Below, one piece after another: positions 1-12,659 of a stretch of 64,000 bases of DNA. The stretch covers positions 3,648,047 to 3,712,046 of the forward strand of contig CAVNZM010000004.1 of NCBI GenBank assembly GCA_963693365.1. The letters are read 5' to 3'. The notes beneath the pieces were generated by a model. It was not told the DNA's origin and did no database searches. It was given only the letters and a program-made list of their open reading frames with translations. The position numbers and the translations under genes are program-made. The first letter of the stretch is position 1; the number at the start of each line of letters is the position of its first letter. The stretch is from Amoebidium appalachense. Its lineage: Eukaryota > Protista > Ichthyosporea.

Positions 1-31
1 CGTGTGTTGTCGTGTAGATAATACTACGTTT

Positions 32-63
<32 letters not shown>

Positions 64-164
64 CCACGGCAGATACTGACGTGTGCATATACATGTGCAA
101 GTTGTACCCATTTACACAAACAAGACGACACAAAAACACATGTGCGCAAGTACACGAGCGCGCG

Positions 165-219
<55 letters not shown>

Positions 220-443
220 ACACACACAGACACATTCGTAGCCCTCCCTCCCCCCCCCCCCACACACACACGTACTCCCCCCTCCGTTTCCTCCCCCCCT
301 CCCCTCAAACACACACACACACACACCACACACACACACACACACCTCCCTCCCCTCTTCCCCCCCCCCCCCCCCCCCCCCCCCCCTCCCCCTCAAACAC
401 ACACACACACACACACACATGTAGTGCATGTCAACCACTGCAG

Positions 444-586
444 GTAGCATAACCACCACTTCAGCTGAGAGGTTTGGTGACAACTCCGGAGCGAGCATCC
501 AAGCATTGGAGAGTGAGTTGGGTCTGTTTCGCACAGAGTCAGCAAACACACTGAGTGGTGTGGAGGGAAAAAGGCCTGATGCATAG
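444..586 (+). CDS. probable terminal exon of an upstream gene (product unknown)
   Basis: CAG acceptor at 441-443 after microsatellite-rich intron-like DNA, followed by an open unique-sequence frame ([46 protein letters not shown]) ending in TAG at 584-586. No family recognised. Confidence 0.4.
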
Positions 587-753
587 CGATATGCATATGT
601 CTAAATGTGCCGCCAGATTTAAATATCTAACTAGCCTTGCAAACACGGAAAATTGCAAATTTCAGTTAGTTGTTTGGTCAATAGTAGTGTATCGTTTAGC
701 TCTAAGATTAAAGTTCTTTGAGACAAGACGCGCACGCGCACATACAGTGTCAC

Positions 754-960
<207 letters not shown>

Positions 961-1665
961 GTTTCCAGTTCATAGAATACACCACTACGTCTTAGTCTCA
1001 CCGCCACATGGTTTGGGGGGGGAGGGAGGGGGGGGGGGGGGGGGGGGGCGGGGGGGCTCTTTTATTTGATTGGGGGATGAATTTTGTAATGAATTGCTGT
1101 TTTCCGGAGCCTAAAGCCTATGAATGTCGGATGACTTTTTTTTTGTGTGTGTGTGCGCTTCTGTATGAAGATATGGTTCGATTTTACGAATCTGGCAAAG
1201 AATTAAATGACCGAATGTGGCACTAAACCAACCTGTAAACAGGCCTAATTTCGATTGCAAAGTTTTTCATATGCATCTCCGAGGAAGGTTGACTGCGCGA
1301 TTTCAAATGCCCATACATGTTTACTTAGTACTTTGAAGTTGAGGGTGCATGTGATGATGTGATGTGTTTTTGACAATATTGTTCTTATTTTTTAAATTTC
1401 CCTGTGAAATATAAAAACTGTTACACATGCAGCTGGAATGCAATGAGCCATGATGAATACAAATGACTGCTGACTGCATGCCGTTTTTCACTAATCAGTG
1501 CTTCGGCCCGATCGAGAGGTTCGGTATGCACCTACATATCCTAGTGGAATGTGTGTGTGTCAGTGTGTGCACATATTCGAGCTGCCTGCAGGCATGGTGG
1601 GTGCATACATACAGTCCCAAGCTGCAGCAACACACGTCAGCTTGTATCCCCCCCCCCCCCAGGCT

Positions 1666-1712
<47 letters not shown>

Positions 1713-1832
1713 AGAATGAGAGAGAGAGCCACATACATACACATGCACACGTACACACACACACACACGTCCCAGAGGAATGCATGATGTGATGTCATTC
1801 ACTCAGTGATCACGGGCGCGTGTGCACACACA

Positions 1833-1867
<35 letters not shown>

Positions 1868-2551
1868 AACCCAACACCACCACCACCTTTCCCTTGAAAA
1901 TCACTATTGCAGCACCTAAAAACACACGACCTACATGAGCAAAATGTGATGACGACAGATATCCGTTCAGGAACAAACCGTAAGCTAAACGGAACTTTTG
2001 CACAAGTGCTCATTATTACTACAAGTTGTCTCTTGCCGGTATTTCTGCTGTTAACCGCTTTCCGCAAACTCACGGCCATATCTTTATTTTTACATACACA
2101 AATGGTATCGCCCTAATACATGATGTCATACAACAAATCACCTTAGGTTGGTTTCACCCACCAGCAGTCCATACAGTGCCATCAAAATGGCAAAAAAAAA
2201 CCCAAAAAAAAACAAACCGAAGGCTTCATTCCTAAAGTTCGAATTATTCACAATTCCATTATGACTTGAGCAAAGGCTACCGGCCTGAGCCTCTATTCTG
2301 ACTTGTGCATGGGGACAACCATATATACATAAGGTAAAAACGAAAAAACCAAAATCCAGTCACGTTTATAACCAAACCTGAAGGAACGCTGCGTTGCATA
2401 CACAAAATAGACAATGTTTAAACTTTACTGTATTACGCAATTGGTTGTTTCTATTGTACGTTGTTAAGGCCGGAAGTTATTTTTGAGCCAGCTTGACCAA
2501 ACTAAGCACGGCCGTCTGGGAAAGATGGTATTAATACTACCGAAAATGTAT

Positions 2552-2596
<45 letters not shown>

Positions 2597-2790
2597 CACC
2601 ACACACACACACATACAAAAAAAAAAAAAAGCGAGACGGCTGTGGCTGAAGACCGGAAAACTAAGTGCTATTTCAAATCGAATCACCACCCTACACCATG
2701 AAAATAAAGACCCATGCATTCGTACCATAGCAAAAAAAACAGATATACATATAATAATAATTTCAGAATTTCCATCATGTTATCTCGTCG

Positions 2791-2895
2791 TTATCTCGTA
2801 TTAACCCGTTGTGGAGCAGCTACAAGTAGTGCCCGGCAATGTTTTCCTCTCCCTGCTCGTTAGAACGGAACGCATGTCAATATATGCAGTACGAG

Positions 2896-2936
<41 letters not shown>

Positions 2937-3881
2937 ACCTCGCCATCACAGCCACCACATACACACACCAAGACCACCATCACACACACCCACACATGCA
3001 CACACGCCCGCACGCACACACACACGTACGTACCCACCGCCATCACACTCACCCACACCCACACCCACACCCACACCCACACCCACACCCACACCCACAC
3101 CCACACCCACACAGACCCAGTTCTTGGTATTGGAATACAAGGGGTTTGAACACAAGACAACAAGCCAACCGATTGTGCTTACGTCAGACAATAGGATGTA
3201 CCTTGATGGATGTACCTTGATGGATAATAAAAAATATGCCGTGATAGAAAAAGAGAAAAGACCTATAGACAATAGGAAACACAGAGAAAGGCCATTAGAA
3301 ACAGCGTGGTGGATCAGCGGACATACATGGTCATCCCAGAAAAAGAGAAAGACCACGACAGAGCATAAAAAATACCGCCATAGGCCAAAAATATTTGAAA
3401 AAGCTCTGGTAGACGTTAGGAAAACTGCTATAGACAAACCGTGATAGCTTCTCAAATACCGTGACATACCCTAGAGAATACCGTGATAGCCCCTCAAATA
3501 TCGTAATATACCCTAGAGAATCCCGTGATAGCCCCTCAAATACCATGATATACCCTAGAGAATACCGTGATAGCCCCTCAAATACCGTGACATACCCTAA
3601 AGAATGCCGTGATAGCCTCTCAAATACCGCGATAAACCCTACAGAACACCGTGATAGAACCTCAAATACCGGGACAAACCCTCGAAAATACCATAATAGA
3701 CTCGAATATACCGTGATAGGCGCGAAAATACCGCGATAAACCCTCGAATCACCGAGATAGATAATAAACCATCACATACCGTGGCCGGGGGGCACTGTGG
3801 CTGTTTTCCCATACGTATGTCCTCTGCGAGGTGTTTGGTGCGGAGGTTGGCCTCGTGTATCTCCTGTAGGGCTAGGATGTC

Positions 3882-3960
<79 letters not shown>

Positions 3961-4269
3961 TGGTAAGCCAGCAAAAAAAAAAAAAAAAAAAAAAAAAAGG
4001 CACAAGCACACACCCGTGTGTACAGCAGGACGCACCCACCCACCCGCCCCACCACAAAAGCACACATATCAAAGGCACAAATCTATGTTCTCCGCTCTCT
4101 GTATCTGCCCGATCATAAGAGCATCTGTGTAGGCATACATACCTATTGATGTGCATATGTTGATATTATATAACCTGTGGCTTTAGGGCTAATTCTTAGG
4201 ATGGAAATGGGGGTCGGGCAAAGGGAGTTTTTCTTTCTTTCTTTCGGGGAGGGAGGGGTGTGTGTGTGT

Positions 4270-4302
<33 letters not shown>

Positions 4303-5097
4303 GGCAGAGAGGTGGAAAGGAGAGCAGGGAGCTGTCAATGTACGCTAGCTCACCTGTCAGCATTTTCGCCGACAAACTCCGTGGTCAGACGCACTAGGGT
4401 GGCTTGTAGGTCCTTCACCTATAAACAATATCGAACCCCGTGTCAGTGCGGTATAGTATGGGGTTAAGGTGTTGTTTGTGGGTAAGGGAAAGTGGTCTGG
4501 GGCATCATTCATGTCCACCATTATTCACATACCAAAGAACCCGACGCATTACAAACCCGACTTATCGAGAAAACAATTACAAACATAACAAAATTGCAAA
4601 CAAACAAGAGACAGGTAATGGTGCTCCATCAATACAGGCAGAGCTGCTTTAACGACTAATGGTTCAAAACAGACTACGTACCCCGTCAGACTACAGGTTC
4701 GGGGAAAATTTCAACTGAAATGACGTCACACTGAGATACTTCCATATATGGAGGTATCTCAGGCTCACGTCACATGCCATTGCAAGTCCAGCTTACGGCG
4801 GCTAAATCTTGCTAGTCTGACAGTGTACACGGCCTGTTTTGAACCTTTCCTCCACAAGTCTAGCCGTTCTGGTGGCTGTTTGGGCACCGAGGCACTGCAT
4901 ACATAGTCACTCACGAGGATATGAGAAAAAGTACACGCACGTGAAGTTATATAGACAAAACCAAAGGGGAGAAAGACTTTCGCACATGAAAAAGGTTTCA
5001 CCCCTGTTACCTGCCCCGCCCGTTGTTTTATGCCTAAAAGCCATTGCTGCCACCACCAACAAGAGAGCACAGGTACACCAACCCCCACCCAACTAAC

Positions 5098-5182
<85 letters not shown>

Positions 5183-5297
5183 CTCTCTGCGGATGTTACG
5201 TACATCCGTGTCGTATCCCTCCTTGTCTCGTTTCCTCATCGCTGTAGTCCCAATGGTGAGTTGATTTTTCTCGCCACACGCACGCACACACACACAC

Positions 5298-5371
<74 letters not shown>

Positions 5372-5540
5372 CGCTCCCCCCCTCTCCCCTCCCCTCCCCC
5401 ACACACGCATACACTATACTTCTTTTGCTTCTCTTCCTCTCCCCTTCCTCACCCCCTCCCCCCCCCCCCCCCCCCCCGGGCGCTCAAAAAAAAAAAAAAA
5501 AAAAAAAAAAACCTGCATCTACGAATCTAACATTACTAAG

Positions 5541-5575
<35 letters not shown>

Positions 5576-6123
5576 CCGTTCCCCACCACATCAACATACG
5601 CCCTTTATCCTTCCCCTTCCCTCCCTCACCCCCAACCTTCCCAGAAACGCCGCACAGACACATGCACACACCCTGCTCGTTCTTTAAGTCCTTTGATGCC
5701 TTAGCCACATGTTCCTCGAGTTTCTTTAACCTCTTGCCGGCCAGCTGCCTGAATGCTTCATATTCCGCCTTGAGCTGCGAAAAAACCGTAATTTCAGCTC
5801 AGATTTTCCGAATTGACACCCACCTCAACCAATAGAGTACCCACCTCCCCCCTCCCCCCCCCCCCCCCCCGACCACTCCCCCTCTTCTTCCCCTCCCCCC
5901 CCCTCCCCCCATTCTCAACAATCCCGTGTCTGCATACACCAAAAACAACCCGATGTGGAAAATCAGAAAGCCCCCGATCCGCTGATGTTTTGGTCTGCTA
6001 CAACAACATCCACAAACTTAACAACCGGTTTATCTCCCCCCCACCCCCGGACCCCCCCTCCCCCTCCCCCTCTCCCCCCAAAAAAATTTATGCCTAGTGG
6101 GAGGAGGGGAAGAAGGGAAGGGG

Positions 6124-6155
<32 letters not shown>

Positions 6156-6497
6156 AGGATGTGTTACAGAGCACAAAGTGCACACTCACAAAAACAAAGG
6201 GCACATGTTGTAGAAATGAGCAAATACACAACGTGCATGCATCTACGTCTCTCTTTCTCTCTTTCTCCCCCTTTTTTTTTTTTTTTGGGGGGGGGGGGGG
6301 GGGGGAGGAGGGGGGGATGGGGGGGGGGGGGGGGGTATACGCACGGTAGCGGCCTGCTGCTCCCTATCCAAAAGCTGGGCCTGGTAGCTGGATGCTAATT
6401 GGTGGGCCTCAGTGGCTGCGGCATCGGCACGGGCATCGCATTGGCTGTGTGCCTCCTGTGTGTGTGCATATGTACATTAGCAAATGTAGACATACAT

Positions 6498-6593
<96 letters not shown>

Positions 6594-6618
6594 ACGCACG
6601 CACGCACGCACGCACACA

Positions 6619-6662
<44 letters not shown>

Positions 6663-7262
6663 CACACACACATGTAAACAGCACAAGGCTTATTAATAAA
6701 AACTGGGTACAACCCGGGTGTTGGTCCCCACCCGAGAATACGGGGGGGGGGGGGGGGGGGGGAGGGGACCAGCTACATCCGTCTGCTATGAACCTCCCCT
6801 CCCCCCCCTCTCTCCCAACCTTCTCACACCCCATATCCTAGATATCCCACACCAAAAAACAAGAAAACAACACAAGCAGTCTCTTCGCCACGAAAAAACA
6901 TACTGGAAAGCATACACAGCAACCATGGCCCCTCCTTCTCCCCCCCCCCCCCCCCCCCCCGGGCCCCAGACAAACAAACACAAAAAAAACTTGCATGAGT
7001 AAATAAAAATAATAACAATACACAAACAAACAAAAAACAAGCCAAAAGATTTAAGACAATAATCCCCGCACACGGTACCCACCCTCTTTATCCTTTCAGT
7101 TTCTTCCTTCCCCTGCTCTATAGCTGCTAGCAGCACTGCTCTTTCCTCCGCCCACAACCTTTCTCTGTTTGCAAGCTGCCTGTGTGTGCCGATGCTCTCT
7201 TCGACACTGGAACATAGCTGGGCTCGAACACTGTGTAGGTGGGGCGTGGGTAAGGGTAATTC

Positions 7263-7321
<59 letters not shown>

Positions 7322-7354
7322 AAACACACACACACGCACACACACACACACAAT

Positions 7355-7407
<53 letters not shown>

Positions 7408-7458
7408 ACAATCCAACACACACGCACACACACACACACACGCACACGCACACACCAT

Positions 7459-7498
<40 letters not shown>

Positions 7499-7508
7499 CA
7501 CACACAAT

Positions 7509-7556
<48 letters not shown>

Positions 7557-8050
7557 CGCACTCATGCACGTCGATAGATATAACTGGGAAGGACATTTTT
7601 TTAACACAATCGTGCTTAAATAGCACAGCCTCACAATGCTGCCCTCCCTCCCTTCCCCCCCCCTCCTCTCTCCCCCCCCTCCCCCCCCCCCCCCCCCCCC
7701 CCTCTCTCCCTCCCCCCCCAAAACACACACATACACACACACCAGGTTTCAACATGTTCTATGACCCTTGCTTCAGAAAATGCATGCAAAGCTCCGAATC
7801 ATTCTCCCAAAAACAAACGGTCCCCCTCACCACTAAGCATCGTGTACTTTCTATAGCTGCCATTCTTCCTCCTTAGAAACCCCACGTCTCCACAAGACAC
7901 ACACACACACGCACACACACACACACACCACACACACAAACCGTGCGCGCAACACACACACACACACACAGGCACTTCTGCAGAACCAAACATGACATTT
8001 GTACACCCACCCACCCCCCACCCCACCCATCCATGCACTCTTCTCTCCCC

Positions 8051-8097
<47 letters not shown>

Positions 8098-9539
8098 ACA
8101 CACACACACCCACTCACCCACCAGCACCTCATTAGCTGTTCTTTCATTTCCTCCACCTCTCCTTTCCGTGCATGCCCCCCCTTCCCCCCTCCTCAGGTTA
8201 CACGCACCGACATCCACCCACCCACTCACCCATACCCACCATCCCCCGCCCTCCCTCCCCACAAACACACGCACGTACACACAGGTACACACCCACCCAC
8301 ACCTCTTCAGCTGTTCGTTCCTTTCCTCCACCTCTCTTTGCAATGCAGCAACCCTCCTTTTGTGTCTCTCCTCGGCATCAGCTAGCCTCTGTTCCATTGC
8401 TGCAACTCTCTCACTGCTTTCTGCTCTTCCCACCCACACGTCAGAAAACCCTTTTTTCATATCATAAACTAAAAATTAATTTTTCAATTGCCCTTTTTTA
8501 AATAAAAAAAAGAAAATAAAAAAAGGGAAAAACGCGACTGTGATAATGGAGCAAACAAGAAATGTTACAAACAGGACACCAAGGAAGTATAATTTGTTCT
8601 AACCGTATTGCCCAGAAGATATAAAAGTATTTCAATAAAAACATCATCAATGCCAGGAGCTCATGGGTCGGATGCTTGCAAACGATTGAGCAAATCAATG
8701 TACGGGTGCCCCCCCCCCCCCCCCCCCCCCCCTCCCTGCCCGCCTCCCCCCCTTTTTTTTACGGTTAAGAGATGAGGTGAACAAAGTGGTGGGTTGCCAT
8801 TGGCGATTCATTCTCTCTCACTCCACTCTCTTTCTCCCTCTGCTCTTTTTCGCTTTCCCTCTTCCTTGCCGCCCCACAGCCAGCCCCCACCCTCCCCACC
8901 CCCTTCTCCCCTCCCACACCCCACAAGTTCTCTTGGTTGTAAGTGGAGGGGGGAGAGGGGGGGGAGGGGGGAGCATAATGATACACACTTTGCTTGAGTC
9001 TAGCAAGCTGCTGCTCCAGACTTTCAATTCGACTCTCATAGGTGGCCCTCTGGGCTTCACTGAGCCCAAGATCTGTGTGTGCGTGCGCGTGTGTGTGAGA
9101 GTATGAGGGGAGGGGGGGGGGGGGGGGGGGGGGGTCAGAACAAACACTTGTAAGAGATGACTCCGTATATAACATATGCAGTGTGTGGGGCATCCAAGGT
9201 GATGTACCCATCCTAGGGCAGCACTTACACATACACGGACACAGAAACACACACGCGGATGGGTAGGTGTAGGAACTTACACATGCACACACATGGCTAC
9301 ACAAACACACATGGCCACACACACACAACACACACAGACACACACACACACACACACACACGCCCCCACACACACGCACACACACACACACACACAAGCA
9401 CACAACTACATGCACAACATTAACCATATCCGACCAGCTCGGACACATTGTTAACAGAGTAGATCAAAAAACATAGAAATGAGGTGGCGCAAAGGTCTTC
9501 CTTTTGGGGGGATAAACAGGAGGTGTGTGTGTTGAGTGT

Positions 9540-9570
<31 letters not shown>

Positions 9571-10166
9571 GGGGGGGGGGGGTACATACCAGGCAGTCCA
9601 TCTGAAGTGTGTACATATGTGCCATCGATACACTTGCTTGTCAATCGCTAGTGTTTGTGTTTTGTGCTTGCGTGTGTACATCTGCATAATCTTGTGTGTT
9701 TGTACCTGTGTTTGTGTGCTCAATACCCGAGTCACACAAACTCATGCACTTGTGTTCATGTAACTAAAACTTTCCATTTTGTCTCCCTGATAAGCAGTGG
9801 TGTGCAGATCAACGTGCTCTAGTGAAAAGTACATAATCTAGCCGGGGGAGGGAGGGGAGAGGGGGAGGGGAGGGGAGAGGGGGAGGGAGGGGGGGGGGGG
9901 GGGGGGGGATTGAGAGTGTCAAGAACAAAAATACAACGGATTGACTTTATGCCAAGCAGCAACTTCGTAGGAGTGTGCGAAAAAAGCAGAGCCCTGGCCT
10001 GAGCGTCGGGGGAGGGGTAAGGGGGGGGGGGGGGGGGGGGGGGGGGAGATACCATTTCTCGGAGTGACATCCTCCAGTGGGTCAGGTAGTCGGTGTGTGT
10101 GTGCGGTGGATCTTCGGGTGGTGCCTGGTGCAGAGCTACAGTTAAACAAACACATCACAAAACACG

Positions 10167-10205
<39 letters not shown>

Positions 10206-10584
10206 ATGCCCCTCAGTGGCCAAAACAAAGCGAATGCCCTGCCCATGCTAGTGTCTGTAACCGAAGCCATAGTGCCTTAGTGTCCCCGTATGAGCAAAGC
10301 CAGGATGCCTTCCTTTTCGTTGTTGTTTGTTTGTTTTTTCTTTGTCCACGCACTATGTTAACACGTGTAGGTACCTTGATTCCACGGGTTTGTCACGGCT
10401 GCCACTGCCGGCAGGGACAAAAGGAACCGAATGGTCTCTAGATCCTTGGCCTCCTGTTATACCCAGAGGCTAAGGTCAACAAATCGCTTGAGGTGTGCGG
10501 GCTTGTTCGCTTATTGATCTGTGGTCTCTTTCTCTCTGCCCCACCCCCCACCCCCCATCCCACCTCCCTATACATTTTCCTGTT

Positions 10585-10626
<42 letters not shown>

Positions 10627-11757
10627 ACACACCCGGACGACATGCTGCCCCCCCCCCCTCCCCCCCCCTTCGGGGAAAAAAAAGGAAAAACCCACGTTCA
10701 AAATTCCTCCTTGTCCCCCCCCCCCCCCCCCCCACCAAAAAAAAAGGAAAGAAAAGAAAAGAAAAGAAAAGAAATCAAAAACGCAAATAGAAAACCCGTG
10801 AGCCCAACTGAGCAGGAAACCAAACCATAATCCTTAGCTATGGGGCCAACCACTAAGCCTGCAATAATAGTCCAGCCCCCGCCCACTTCTCCCCCCCCCC
10901 CCCCCACCCCCCACCCCACCCCCACCCCCTCCTCTCCCAACCTCAACTCCCTCCCCCTACCCCCCACCGCATTGCTTCATACCCAATCAGTGTCTTCCAT
11001 CGTACTTGTCAATTTACAAGTACCATGCGAAACATATGCTCAACCGTGTTTGTGGACTTCCGATTCCACCCACCCACCCACCCACCCACCCACCCACACC
11101 CACACCCACACCCACACACATGCACACGCACACCTGTGCGACCAATCGGTCAACTTCTGCTTGCAGATCCTCTTTTTGTGCCCTTTCACGTTCATACCGC
11201 AATCGTGTCTCGTCTGCCGCTGCCTGCAGGCGCACGTTTTCCTTCTCTAGCTGCTGCAGCCGCCATTCCGTTTTGTGCTGTCATGTTTGACACCTAAGTC
11301 AGATTCGCAACACAGATTTCAAGCATCACACTACACAGAGTCCTTGGTGTTGTACCTTGTCTTCACCCCCCCCCCCCCCCCCCCCCCCCCCCCCACCCCC
11401 CCCCACCCCCTAATCCCACCCACCCCACGGTCTCCTTCTTCCCTCCCTTCCTCCCTCCTTCCCAACATGAGCGTGCACCTTTTCCTTTTGTTTTTCTGGT
11501 TTCCCTCTTCACTTCAGTTGAATGCATTTTCAGATGTGGCCACAGTGTTTCATAGCAGCATTTTTTCTTACCTGCTCTGAGTGGCTGACCCTGCACGACT
11601 CTACCCTTGCCGAAAGCACAGCAAGATCCTCCTCCAGACCCTCCGTCCTACCACGGTAGTGTGCCAGCAGCTGCCTAAGCGCACTGTCACTGCCTCCGGG
11701 AGTTTCATGGGACTCTCCCATGTTTGCGGCTCCTCTCCCAGCACTCTGCGCCGCCAT
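2791..11757 (-). CDS. CCDC77: coiled-coil domain protein 77-like (spliced, ~13 exons; last exon uncertain)
   Basis: Phase-consistent GT-AG exons: 11757-11572, 11277-11134, 10453-10375, ~10124-10053, 9072-~8988, ~8409-8303, 7230-7083, 6455-6345, 5774-5672, 5241-5183, 4418-4354, 3882-~3780/3814; terminal exon probably near 2790-2855. Peptides LRQLLAHYRGRTEGLEEDL, HKTEWRLQQLEKE...ERE...EVDRL, RERLWAEERAVLL, RDKEGYDTDVRNIRRE and DILALQEIHEANLRTKHL are collinear with CCDC77 as I recall it (LLEYYQKK, HKLECDLQQREEE, KEKSWMLEKDNL, LEVEGFKTDIKVLR, QDLALLCEVRDSN). Confidence 0.72.
3439..3750. repeat. 42-bp minisatellite (~7 copies, decaying at both ends)
   Basis: Unit CCGTGATAGCCCCTCAAATACCGTGACATACCCTAGAGAATA, itself made of two related ~21-bp halves starting CCGTGA; lies near the 3' end of the CCDC77-like gene. 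Confidence 0.9.
4649..4857. mobile_element. MITE family B copy 1 (TTAA-flanked, Kolobok-like), diverged
   Basis: Starts TTAACGACTAATGGTTCAAAACAGACTACGTAC with a degenerate inverted copy at ~4826-4857 and a central palindrome TGACGTCACACTGAGATACTTCCATATATGGAGGTATCTCAG. Collinear over its full length with the reverse complement of 62126-62345. Confidence 0.75.
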
Positions 11758-12508
11758 GCTCTCCCTTTTCAAGACAGGAAATAGAAGCCTTGAAGAAAGC
11801 AAAAAAAAAAATCTCTTGCTGTCCGCTCGATTTTATTTTCTACACTTTGACAGCGAAAACCGAGCTCTCTGTGCTTTCAAAGTTGCCGCCAGGCCGCCAC
11901 CGACCGTTATGGATCTAAACCTGACCAATCAGGTGCTATTTCCTAAATTCCTTTGTGTAGCCTAATGGCTTTTCGGACAAACTGGATTTGTAGCGATGTT
12001 ATCACCCCGAAAGAGCGTTTTTTAGGCTGTTATCTATATGTTTTCTGAAAGCTTGTAATTTTTACTATACGGTTTTGTAAAAACAATGGTCATACAGGCG
12101 GCGCTGCAGCCGAAACAGCTAGCCAGCCAGGGGACAAAACTAACCTTTCTTGGTTAGCCACCTTCCAAATATGGCGCATAAGTAACTGGCGAATTATGAT
12201 TGGGTAACACCTGCCATGATGCTGGCCGGGCGACTGTGCTTCTGCTTGTGTACATACATCACATACATCATGCTGACGCGCGTCTATGAGCGTCACAACT
12301 TTTTTGACAGGTCGGCCAAAACAGCTCCCCTCTCTTACAATTGTAACCCTCCTCCTTACCCAGCGTTCGGCTTTCAGACTCGGTTGGGAACAAGGCTTCC
12401 ACAAGTAACGTCCCTTAAGCTTGGCCTTAACATTCCTTTAACAGCGGAGGTTATCAAATGCTGGTCTGACAATCGTAAAGGAGCTCTGTTTTTCAAGGCT
12501 TTGCTACT

Positions 12509-12659
12509 ATGTCTGAGGAATCGTACAGTTCACGGGCAGACCTGTCAGCGACTGAGAAACTGGGCTTTTCTGCTGGAGCGTGACCGCCTCCGTACTCGAC
12601 AAGCCGAGGCGGACGCTGCACGAGCCGAGGAGGACACGAGCCGAGGAGGACGCTGCACG
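12509..12659 (+). pseudogene. frameshifted first-exon-like segment with 21-bp (AEEDAAR) repeats
   Basis: ATG at 12509 (MSEESYSSRADLSATEKL), an extra G in GGG, then AFLLERDRLRTRQ and three GCCGAGGAGGACGCTGCACGA-type units (one missing 5 bp), then a GTAAG donor at 12660. Divergent from the CCDC77-like gene. Confidence 0.3.
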
